From the IMG/VR virus record IMGVR_UViG_3300045988_154312, positions 165,889-229,888 of that record: a DNA stretch of 64,000 nt; one strand, written 5' to 3'. Below, piece after piece: positions 54,288 through 63,087 of the stretch; the first letter of the stretch is position 1; each line of letters opens with the position of its first letter. Source of the DNA: a virus. A program made the position numbers and the translations under genes. The notes under the pieces were generated by a model. It saw nothing but the letters and a program-made list of their open reading frames with translations. It made no database searches and was not told the DNA's origin.

Positions 54288-54476
54288 ATGCAAGAAATTA
54301 AAATTCGTATTACAAAAGACGGTCAAGTTACATATGAAACTCAAGGTTTCCAAGGTCAATCTTGTGAACAAATCGTTCAACAAGTAATGGTATCCAATGG
54401 TAAAGTTGAAGAAGATACTAATAAACCAGAATACTATGATAGTGTACCTGAATTTATTAATAACATTGGTAACTAA
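54288..54476 (+). CDS. DUF2997-like small protein
   Basis: IKIRITKDGQVTYETQGFQGQSCEQ...GKV....KPEYY pattern. Confidence 0.55.
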   Translation: MQEIKIRITKDGQVTYETQGFQGQSCEQIVQQVMVSNGKVEEDTNKPEYYDSVPEFINNIGN

Positions 54477-54490
54477 TAAATAAGAAAAAT

Positions 54491-54517
54491 AAGTCGGCAG
54501 TTAATTCTGTCGACTTT
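54491..54517 (+). terminator. rho-independent terminator
   Basis: agtcggcag ... ctgtcgact (one G-U) plus a T-run. Confidence 0.75.
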
Positions 54518-54591
54518 TATTATATCTAATTATTTAGGCGTATAGCCTGTTCTTAATTGTTATATGTATTATATATGAAAGGAGAGGCTAT

Positions 54592-56560
54592 ATGTCTAAG
54601 TTATTAGAAGGTCTAAATGAACAACAATTGCCTGTAGCAAAACGCATTAACGGAAAATTTATCGTTAATGCTAGTGCCAGGCAGTGGTAAGACTGCAACT
54701 ATCGTTACTCGTACTGCTTATATGATCGAACAAGGTATCGATCCTGCCAATATTTTAATGTTTACATTTACTCGTAAAGCAGCACTTGAAATGAAAGAAC
54801 GCATGATTGCTAAAATCGGTGCAATTGCTAAACCAGTTACAGTATGTACATATCATTCTTTCAGTTCTATGTTATTAAGAAAATTTTCCTATCTTATTGG
54901 ATATGAAAATAACTTCACAGTATGTGATGCTGACGAGAGTGAAAAAATCATTAAAGATATTTGTGGTTCTAATATTAAATTAAAAGACGTTGCGATCATT
55001 ATGATCGGTCAATGGAAAACACAAGGTTTAACATATACTGAAGCTAAGCAAGATAAAGAAATCCAAGCTAATTTTACATTAGCTGCCGATGTCTATGAGA
55101 AATACCAACGTAAATTAGAATCCGAAAACATGATGGATTTTAATGATCTAACTATGTTAGCTGCTCGTATTTTGAATAACTATACAGAAGTGCAACAATA
55201 CGTTTGGAATAAATATAAATACGTTATCGTCGACGAAGCCCAAGATAGCGCGGTTTCTAACTGGTATTTCATTAACAAGATTGCTGAAGGCAATGAAAAC
55301 TTATGCATGGTTATGGATAATAATCAAAGTATTTATGCATTCCGTGGTGCTGAAATTGATTTCATCTGTAAGCAAATTGTCGACGGTGGTTTCGATCAAT
55401 ACGTGTTAGAGCAAAATTATCGCTCTACTAGCAATATTGTTAATGCAAGTAATGCCGTTGTCGATAATAATCCAGCTATTATTAAAAAAGAAGCTTTTAG
55501 TAAACAAGATGCTGGTACTAAAATTTACGTTAAGCAAGTTAATGATCAAACTGCTGAATCTGAATATGTCGTAAGAAGTATTCATGCCGCAGTTAAAGGC
55601 GGTCTTAACTATAAAGATATTTGTATTTTAGCTAGAACTAAACGTCAATTTGAAATTTTTGAAAAAACTTTTTTAAAATGTGCAATTCCTTATACATTAG
55701 TAAGTGGTTTACCATTTTGTAATCGTAAAGAAATTAAAGATATTCTAGCTGTATTAAGATTGCTGTTAAATAATAAAGATGAAGAAGCATTAAAACGTAT
55801 TATTAATATTCCTAAATGTGGTATTGGCGATGCATCCTTTAATAAATTAATGTTAGAATGTGGTGAATCTAGCGTTATTGAAAAAGCTAAGAAAAATGTA
55901 ATGCTATTAAAAGGCAAGGCTAAAAAAGGCGCCGAAACATTCTTGAAAAAGTTTGGTAGAGTCGTAAAATTTGCTCAAGAAAATGTCGAACCAGCATTAA
56001 TTATCGAATATTATTTAAATGAATTTGATTATAAAAATTATTTGATCGAGTCCTATCGCTCTGAAGAAGACAAAGAAAAAAATGACGAAGACAAAACTCA
56101 AAACGAAGCTTGGACTCGTCAAAAGAATGTCGATGAGTTAATTCATATTGCGGAAGAATATGATTGTGTAAGCGATCTATTAGAATCGACATTAGGTTTC
56201 GACGAGGAATCTGTCGAAGAAGAAGAACGTGATGCTGTTAGCCTTATGACTATTCATGCATCTAAAGGTCTTGAATTCGATATGGTATTTATCGTTGGCG
56301 GTAATGAAGGATTATTCCCTCACCAAAATTCTTTAAACGACATTGCTCAGATTCAAGAAGAACGTCGTCTATGGTATGTAGCTATGACTCGAGCTAAAAG
56401 CATTCTAAGCATTTCTTACTTCAATTTATATAAACAATTTGGTCAAACTAAAGTATTAAAAGGTAGTCGCTTTATCGAAGAGATTCCGTCTGAATTTAAA
56501 AAAGAAAGTTTAATGGAATCTAAAAAAGTTAAAGTTGAGAATATTGATAATTTATTTTAA
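54592..56560 (+). CDS. uvrD: UvrD/PcrA-type superfamily 1 helicase; reading frame broken by a +1 shift at about 54670-54678
   Basis: aaaggagagg SD plus ATG 54592 encodes MSKLLEGLNEQQLPVAKRINGKFIVNAS (Q motif) and stops at 54688-54690. The +1 frame continues PGSGKTATIVTR...; DEAQD, QNYRS, TIHASKGLEF and VAMTRAK motifs follow. Confidence 0.8.
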
Positions 56561-56613
56561 TTTTAATGGTAATATATTAGTACGGTTAAGATTTAAATAA
56601 AAGGATATTCTCT

Positions 56614-57240
56614 ATGCAATTTTTAAAATTATTATTTGAAATGCTGAAAGAATTTTATACTAAGCATAAGATAATATGCTGGGCTATATTAGCAATTATT
56701 ATTATGATAGTAACTAATTTATTTCAGTATTTTGTCGATCAAAAAAAATATGAGGATTGGGATCGTAAACATCATGTAACTAGTTACAGTTTTGAAGATC
56801 AAAAGCATATGTCTTATAATGATAAATTAACTTTTGATAATATGCGAAGAGAGCTAATAAATAAGAGAAGCACTCCGGTCATTCAAGAAGTAGTTAAAAC
56901 TCAATATGTATATGGTCAAGAACCTCAAACTGTATTTAAAGAAGTCCAATACGTTGCTCGTGGCGGTGAATCTAATATTATTAGTCAAAAAACACAAGAA
57001 GCGATTCGTGGCAAAGCCGACGAAACTAAAATTATCGAAGAAGAAAAAAGTGTCGACGTATATAAGATTAATCACGAGAAAAAGTTTAAATTAAAAGTCG
57101 GAGCTACTTATCTAGACGGTAAAGGTTATATGAACTATGGCGTTCAATATAAGCGTATCGAAGGCATTGTTCATACTAAAGATATGAATCCAAGTCATAT
57201 CGATGGCGGTACAGTAATGTGGACGGCATATCAACGATGA
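56614..57240 (+). CDS. membrane-anchored protein
   Basis: 208 aa; one N-terminal TM helix. Confidence 0.6.
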   Translation: MQFLKLLFEMLKEFYTKHKIICWAILAIIIMIVTNLFQYFVDQKKYEDWDRKHHVTSYSFEDQKHMSYNDKLTFDNMRRELINKRSTPVIQEVVKTQYVYGQEPQTVFKEVQYVARGGESNIISQKTQEAIRGKADETKIIEEEKSVDVYKINHEKKFKLKVGATYLDGKGYMNYGVQYKRIEGIVHTKDMNPSHIDGGTVMWTAYQR

Positions 57241-57545
57241 TGTGTCAGAAACTAATAAGCCCTAATGAATTATTAAACCAGTATATTAAAGAAACTGGCA
57301 TGACGACTAAAGAATGGGCTACGATATTAGATATTCCTTATAGAAAATTAAAATTAATAAGAATCGGCGCAGAGGATGTCGATCTTACATTACTAACTAA
57401 ATTAAGTATGGCTACTAAAACTTCATATCGTATATGGAGCGACTGTTTTTGGACACATAAAGCTTATGTATATAGCCAGGCAATATTAGATAAATTTCCG
57501 ACAAAGTTTAAGAAAACTATTAACAAATTAATAGGATATGAATAG
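57237..57545 (+). CDS. possible HTH DNA-binding protein
   Basis: ATG at 57237 (ATGA coupling); MTTKEWATILDIPYRKLKLIRIG is HTH-like. Confidence 0.45.
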   Translation: MMCQKLISPNELLNQYIKETGMTTKEWATILDIPYRKLKLIRIGAEDVDLTLLTKLSMATKTSYRIWSDCFWTHKAYVYSQAILDKFPTKFKKTINKLIGYE

Positions 57546-57572
57546 ACGGTCTCATTGAGGCCGTCTTTTTTT
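57544..57572 (+). terminator. rho-independent terminator
   Basis: agacggtctc-att-gaggccgtct plus T8. Confidence 0.8.
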
Positions 57573-57594
57573 ATTATATAAAGGAATAAAAAAA

Positions 57595-59814
57595 ATGAGA
57601 GATTTAATTATTATGCGAGGCTGTCCGGGTTGTGGTAAAAGTACAGCTATCGAAGAATCTGGTCTTAAAAATTATGTATTAAGTCCAGACGATATTCGAT
57701 TAATGTTACGTGCCCCAGAAGTAAACGAAGACGGCGAATATCGCATTAGTCAACAAGATAATGCGTTAGTATTTCAAATATTGGATACGATGCTCGTTAA
57801 TCGTATGAAAAACGGTTCACCAACGATTATCGATGCGACTCATTGTAGTTCTGGTAAATGGCATACAAAACAAATTAATCGATATCGTGATCTTGCTAAA
57901 GAATATAAATATCGATTATTCTATTGGGAACCAGAACGTGAAGATGTCGAAGTGTATGTCGAACGAAATAAATATCGTGACGAATTAAATCGTGTTCCGG
58001 AAAACGTAATTCGTAATATGTATCATAATTGGGAAACAATTAATTTGTCTAAAGATTTTACAAAATTAGATACATTAGCATTTCGTGATGATTTTAGTAA
58101 TCTAATAAAAGACATGGCTGATACATATGATCAAGTTATTATTGTCGGCGATGTTCATGGCTGTAATACAGTATTACATGAATTAATTAATCAATACGAT
58201 ATCAAAAACGAAAAGAATTTGTATATTTTCGTCGGTGATTATTTTGATCGTGGTATCGAAAACTTAGAAGTATTAGATACGTTGTTCGATATTGCCGAAC
58301 AAAAGAATGTAATTCTATTGGAAGGTAATCATGAGTTACATTGGGTTGATTGGGCATTCGATCGCGATGAAAATCGTAATGACAATGGCATGATTCGTTT
58401 TAAAGAAACGACATTAAAACAATGGCAAACAAAATATATTAGCGAAAAAGATCTTAAAAAACAATTAAGAATTTTATATCGTAAAATGTTACCAGCTTAT
58501 TTCTTTAAATTCTTGAATAAAGAATATATCGTAACGCATGCCGGATTAGGTTGTTTGCCAAGACAAAATATGGCTGCATGGCAATATATTAATGGCCATG
58601 GTGGTTACGAATTCGAAGTAACACAAGCTTATGAATCTCGCGCAAATTATACTAATTATCCAATTCAAGTATTTGGTCATCGTAGAGCATTAACATCGAA
58701 ACATTCTATTGCTTTAGAAGGTCAAGTTGAATTCGGTGGATTCTTAAAATATTTTGTAATTAATAAAGATGGTCATGAAGTCTATCAAATTAAAAACGAA
58801 GTATATAACAAAGATTATCTAAAAACAGAAAATGAATTATCTAAATATTTTAAAGGCACTTATATTGCGACATTAGATGAAGAAGTTAATGCTATTGCTA
58901 ATAGTCGTCATATTATTGCTAAAAAATTACCAGATAATTTAATGAGTTTAAATTTTAATAAAGGCGTATTTTATCATGCTATCTGGAATGACTTAACAAT
59001 TAAAGCTAGAGGATTGTTCGTCGATCAAATTACAGGAGCTGTTAAGGCAAGGAGTTATAATAAATTCTTTAATTTTGGCGAACGTGGAGACGAACAAGAA
59101 GAATTTGATAATTTAGTGTATCCTGTTCATATTTCTCGAAAAGAAAATGGCTTCTTAGGCATTATTTCTTGGGATGAAGAACATCAAAAAATTATTTTTG
59201 CAAGTAAATCGACAACACAAGGTAATTTTGTTCCGATGATTAAAGATATTTGGGATTGTTGTTTAGAACACAATCGAAACTTAATAATTGATCTATGTAA
59301 AAAATATAGTGCAAGTGCTGTATTTGAAGTATGTCATCCTAGTGATAACACACATATGGTCGATTACGAAGGTAAAAAACATTTATTCTTATTAGATTTT
59401 ATCCCGAATCAATTACATCTCGATGGTATTAATGTCGATATTCAATTTTCTGATAAACTTTGTAAAGAATTTATTAATAGCTATAAACCAGAAAAAAATA
59501 GCCTTATGGCTTGTACTTTAAATGTTAAAGCTAGTTCTCGTGATCAATTAGAGCATTATATTAAAAGTATTTTTATGGCTGAACCAAAGACAGAAGGTTT
59601 TGTTATTACAGATACTACTGGTAAAATGTATAAACAGAAATTCCCGTATTATTTAGTTTGGAAACGTCGTCGTTACTATTTAGATTGTATTAAAAATAAT
59701 AGAGAATTGCCTGATGCTTTAACAGAAGAAGATTTAGACTTTATTAATTTTATTAGAGATAAGAATTTCAATACAATTATCGGAGCTAGAAAAGCATATT
59801 TAGAAAGGAAATAA
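57595..59814 (+). CDS. Pnkp-like trifunctional RNA repair enzyme (5-prime kinase / calcineurin-type phosphoesterase / RNA-ligase-type adenylyltransferase)
   Basis: P-loop GCPGCGKST; phosphoesterase GDVHGC, GDYFDRG, GNHE, THAG; ligase motifs I RKENGF, III AVFEVC, IV TEGFVITD, V MYKQKF. Confidence 0.8.
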   Translation: MRDLIIMRGCPGCGKSTAIEESGLKNYVLSPDDIRLMLRAPEVNEDGEYRISQQDNALVFQILDTMLVNRMKNGSPTIIDATHCSSGKWHTKQINRYRDLAKEYKYRLFYWEPEREDVEVYVERNKYRDELNRVPENVIRNMYHNWETINLSKDFTKLDTLAFRDDFSNLIKDMADTYDQVIIVGDVHGCNTVLHELINQYDIKNEKNLYIFVGDYFDRGIENLEVLDTLFDIAEQKNVILLEGNHELHWVDWAFDRDENRNDNGMIRFKETTLKQWQTKYISEKDLKKQLRILYRKMLPAYFFKFLNKEYIVTHAGLGCLPRQNMAAWQYINGHGGYEFEVTQAYESRANYTNYPIQVFGHRRALTSKHSIALEGQVEFGGFLKYFVINKDGHEVYQIKNEVYNKDYLKTENELSKYFKGTYIATLDEEVNAIANSRHIIAKKLPDNLMSLNFNKGVFYHAIWNDLTIKARGLFVDQITGAVKARSYNKFFNFGERGDEQEEFDNLVYPVHISRKENGFLGIISWDEEHQKIIFASKSTTQGNFVPMIKDIWDCCLEHNRNLIIDLCKKYSASAVFEVCHPSDNTHMVDYEGKKHLFLLDFIPNQLHLDGINVDIQFSDKLCKEFINSYKPEKNSLMACTLNVKASSRDQLEHYIKSIFMAEPKTEGFVITDTTGKMYKQKFPYYLVWKRRRYYLDCIKNNRELPDALTEEDLDFINFIRDKNFNTIIGARKAYLERK

Positions 59815-59816
59815 TC

Positions 59817-60308
59817 ATGCCAAATTGGGTCGAAGGTATCATTAAATTTCGTGGCAAATATAACGATTTAAAAAGATTTTTAGAAGAAGAATTAATTGAA
59901 GTCGATATGGATTTCACACAAGATCCACCAGTATCCATTATTAGTAATAATGTTACGACTGATGAATATGGTGACGTTCAAGGCATCAGTCAAAGTAACA
60001 CATGGTTTAAAACATTTCGTCGTGCATATATTGATACAGAATGGTCATGTTCTATTCATGAAACAGAAGATGATGATAAAGATAAATTTTTCTGTGCTAA
60101 TGTAAAAAGTGCATGGGATTTACCGATCGATGAAATAGTAGAAGTAGCTAATTTATATCATATCGATGTTAAAGGATATATGTTTGAATCCGGCATGTGT
60201 TTTGAACGAGATTTTGAAGTCGATCGCAATGGTAATATTATTAAAAATTTAGATATTAAACATGATGATTATGATTGGGATTCTATTAATCCGTTATTAG
60301 GTGGTTAG
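59817..60308 (+). CDS. hypothetical protein (MPNW... N-terminus, DUF1281/Api92-like?)
   Basis: 163-aa ORF; family assignment from memory of the MPNW start only. Confidence 0.5.
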   Translation: MPNWVEGIIKFRGKYNDLKRFLEEELIEVDMDFTQDPPVSIISNNVTTDEYGDVQGISQSNTWFKTFRRAYIDTEWSCSIHETEDDDKDKFFCANVKSAWDLPIDEIVEVANLYHIDVKGYMFESGMCFERDFEVDRNGNIIKNLDIKHDDYDWDSINPLLGG

Positions 60309-60309
60309 T

Positions 60310-60594
60310 ATGGAAAATGTAGAAATTACTATTAATGATGATGGCACTAAAACTGTACATATGTATTTTGCTATTATTCAAAATAAAGGCGAAGATTGGT
60401 CATATTGTGAAATTAATTTCGATGTTAATAACAAAGAAATTTCTGACGGAGCATTAGATGAAATTAATAATTTTTACATGGACTTCTTCCTTGAAAAATC
60501 AAAAGTTCATGATGCTAGATTATGTACTAAAGAAGAATATTTAACTTCTTGTGACGAAACTAAATATGATTGTCAACATTGGGAAGTTAAATAA
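60310..60594 (+). CDS. hypothetical protein
   Basis: ATG at 60310 within ORF 60301..60594. Confidence 0.55.
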   Translation: MENVEITINDDGTKTVHMYFAIIQNKGEDWSYCEINFDVNNKEISDGALDEINNFYMDFFLEKSKVHDARLCTKEEYLTSCDETKYDCQHWEVK

Positions 60595-60893
60595 TGGAAG
60601 TCTATTATGATACTAAGCTAAAGAAAAAATGGATTAAAATCCTCGATACGTTTATATATAAATATAAAAATAGTTGTAATTTAGATATTCTTATATGTGA
60701 AACTAATAAGAAGAATATATATGGCGAAACTATATTTGATGACAAATCGGCATTGATTAAAATTAATTTTAATGCCGGCGATATCGAGGATACTTTTATT
60801 CATGAATTAGCACATTGTATTAGTAAAGAACGATCACATAAATTAATATGGCGTCGTTGCTATAGGAGACTAAATAAAATTGATAATGGATAA
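60594..60893 (+). CDS. possible SprT-like zinc metallopeptidase
   Basis: HELAH ... H motif (FIHELAHCISKERSHKLIW). Confidence 0.4.
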   Translation: MEVYYDTKLKKKWIKILDTFIYKYKNSCNLDILICETNKKNIYGETIFDDKSALIKINFNAGDIEDTFIHELAHCISKERSHKLIWRRCYRRLNKIDNG

Positions 60894-61110
60894 GGTTACA
60901 GGACTTTTTTCTGGATGTTTGATCATTCTTTTCTTTGCAGTATTGTTTTCATTATTTTATAGCCTTACTTTAAACAAAAGTGGAATTATTTTTAAATATT
61001 TAAATAAAACATTTTTAGTATTAACAGTGGTTCCAGCTATCTTCTTAATATTAGTAGCTATATACTTATTAATTTTTGCAATAGTTAAAACAACCATGTT
61101 TTTGTTGTAG
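60886..61110 (+). CDS. small membrane protein
   Basis: Two hydrophobic helices; ATG at 60886 within ORF 60880..61110. Confidence 0.55.
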   Translation: MDKVTGLFSGCLIILFFAVLFSLFYSLTLNKSGIIFKYLNKTFLVLTVVPAIFLILVAIYLLIFAIVKTTMFLL

Positions 61111-61119
61111 GAGGTGCAT

Positions 61120-61533
61120 ATGGGGAATAGGGCAGTTATTACGTGGAAAAAAGATCCGAGCATTCACGATAATAAATCGTTAGGTATTTATGTTCATTGG
61201 AATGGTGGCCTTGATAGCATAACAGCATTTTTAGAATATTGTAAGCGATCTGGATTTAGAGAACCAGATTACGACGATTATGGTTATGCTCGGCTCGTTC
61301 AAGTTATTTGCAATTATTTATCTGACCGTGACGGGTTAAGTGTCGGTATTGATACGTTAGATAAACTTGATCTTGAAGGCGATAACGGTACGTATATTTG
61401 TAAAGGTTGGAAAATTGTCGATCGTAAATATGCTCCGAGCAAGAATATTGAATTCTGCGATCGCGATTATATCGAGAATATGATCGAAGCAATCGATGAA
61501 TCAATGCCAGAAGACATGAAAATTTTAAAGTAG
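61120..61533 (+). CDS. hypothetical protein
   Basis: aggagg SD 5 nt before the ATG at 61120. Confidence 0.6.
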   Translation: MGNRAVITWKKDPSIHDNKSLGIYVHWNGGLDSITAFLEYCKRSGFREPDYDDYGYARLVQVICNYLSDRDGLSVGIDTLDKLDLEGDNGTYICKGWKIVDRKYAPSKNIEFCDRDYIENMIEAIDESMPEDMKILK

Positions 61534-61541
61534 GTGAATAT

Positions 61542-62327
61542 ATGAAAGGCTATGAATTTATGTCTTACCTGGATATTAAAGCAGATCTAAGAGCTGGTAA
61601 ATGTAAAAAAGTTAAAGGATTTTACGTATATCCAGATAAGATTGTTAATTATACCGATCATTATGGCTTTCGTGTCGTAAAAGGAACGTACGATGCTAGT
61701 CGAGGATATGTCGTAACAGCTCCTAAAACATTAGTACGTTATGCTACGGCACGTTTGAAAGCTGAAGCATTTTTAACGATTGAACCTTGCGAACGATTCT
61801 TTGTCGATTTTAAAGATGGCGATTCTAGAAATGATCATTTAGATAATTTAAAAGTTAGAACTATTAAGAAGAAATTCTGTAAGATTTGTGGTAAAAAAAT
61901 GAAATACAATGCACAGCATGATCATTGTTTAGCATGTCGTATGAAAGATAATAATCTACAAAAAGCTTCAGAAAGAGAATTAACTAGACGTAAAGAATTA
62001 TTTAAAGATATCGATATCGATGCATTTGATGATAAAAGAAAAGAACGCATTAAAATGTATTTAGAAGGCTGGACACTTAATGCAATTGCTAAAAAATTTA
62101 ATATTTCTCGTCAAGCAATTAATCAATTAATTAAAAATACGACCAGTAAAGATCGTAAGATTAAAACATTACGACGTAAAATTACTAAAGTTGAAAAAGA
62201 AATCAAGTATTTGAATACACAGCTTGAAAAATATCAATCAAAAGTTAATCGATGTCAAGAAGAAATTGATGCTAAACAAAAATATTATGAATCTTTATTA
62301 GAAAATAGCGATCTAACTGTTGACTAA
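61542..62327 (+). CDS. free-standing HNH (HNH_3-type) endonuclease with a C-terminal HTH
   Basis: FVDFKDGDSRNDHLDNLKV; zinc knuckle CKICGK...CLAC; LNAIAKKFNISRQAINQLI. Confidence 0.55.
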   Translation: MKGYEFMSYLDIKADLRAGKCKKVKGFYVYPDKIVNYTDHYGFRVVKGTYDASRGYVVTAPKTLVRYATARLKAEAFLTIEPCERFFVDFKDGDSRNDHLDNLKVRTIKKKFCKICGKKMKYNAQHDHCLACRMKDNNLQKASERELTRRKELFKDIDIDAFDDKRKERIKMYLEGWTLNAIAKKFNISRQAINQLIKNTTSKDRKIKTLRRKITKVEKEIKYLNTQLEKYQSKVNRCQEEIDAKQKYYESLLENSDLTVD

Positions 62328-62393
62328 TAATTTCTAATAGTGTATATTAATTGTAGATTAAATAAATGTTTTGTTTTTAAGAGGTACTTAATA

Positions 62394-62672
62394 ATGAATA
62401 AAAAAGAACTTGCTACTAAACTCGTAGAAAAAGAATTGGTTTCTACAAAAACAGCTGCCGAAGCTATTGTTAACGAAGTATTTGCTACTATCATTGAAGA
62501 AGTTAAAAAAGGCGAAAAAGTTGCGATTGCTGGCTTCGGTTCCTTTGAAAAAGGTGAACGTGCTGCTCGTGAAGGTCATAACCCTGCGACTGGTGAAAAA
62601 ATTCATATTGCAGCATCTAATACTTTTAAATTTAAAGTATCTAAAACAGTTAAAGATGCATTGAATGCATAA
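62394..62672 (+). CDS. hup: HU-family DNA-binding protein
   Basis: MNKKELATKLVEK...VAIAGFGSFEKGERAAREGHNPATGEKIHIAASNTFKFKVSK. Confidence 0.9.
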   Translation: MNKKELATKLVEKELVSTKTAAEAIVNEVFATIIEEVKKGEKVAIAGFGSFEKGERAAREGHNPATGEKIHIAASNTFKFKVSKTVKDALNA

Positions 62673-62686
62673 TTAAATAATTAACT

Positions 62687-62713
62687 AGCGGTATCGTAAG
62701 ATACCGCTTTTTT
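62687..62713 (+). terminator. rho-independent terminator
   Basis: agcggtatc-gtaa-gataccgct plus T6. Confidence 0.85.
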
Positions 62714-62727
62714 AATGGAGTAATAAG

Positions 62728-62973
62728 ATGTATGATTTTGTATTAAATTTTACTAAGATCAGTTATGCTAAAGAATTTGAAAAACGATTAAAAGCATCTG
62801 AATATAGTAAATATTTTAATGGCTATGATGATGTCGCTTCGATTTTATTAAGCGGCGAAGCAGCCGATATTAAAGATTTTTGGAACACAGTCATTAAAAT
62901 TATTGATGAATGTGTCAATAGCATCGAAACATTAGATCAAAATAGTCGAGAATTTTATTCTTTAACATTTTAA
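62728..62973 (+). CDS. hypothetical protein
   Basis: 81-aa ORF; ggagt SD-like. Confidence 0.55.
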   Translation: MYDFVLNFTKISYAKEFEKRLKASEYSKYFNGYDDVASILLSGEAADIKDFWNTVIKIIDECVNSIETLDQNSREFYSLTF

Positions 62974-62988
62974 TTATTATGAAAAAAA

Positions 62989-63016
62989 TTCCAGTATACT
63001 ATACTTGTGGTAAAAT
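62989..63016 (+). promoter_or_regulatory. sigma70-like promoter with an extended -10, upstream of the adhesin gene
   Basis: TTCCAG, 16-nt spacer, (TGg)TAAAAT. Confidence 0.45.
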
Positions 63017-63087
63017 ACAAAGCAGGTTTATCAAACCTATAAAAATTAAACAAAAAACAAAACCAATTTTGATTAAAAAGGAAAAAT

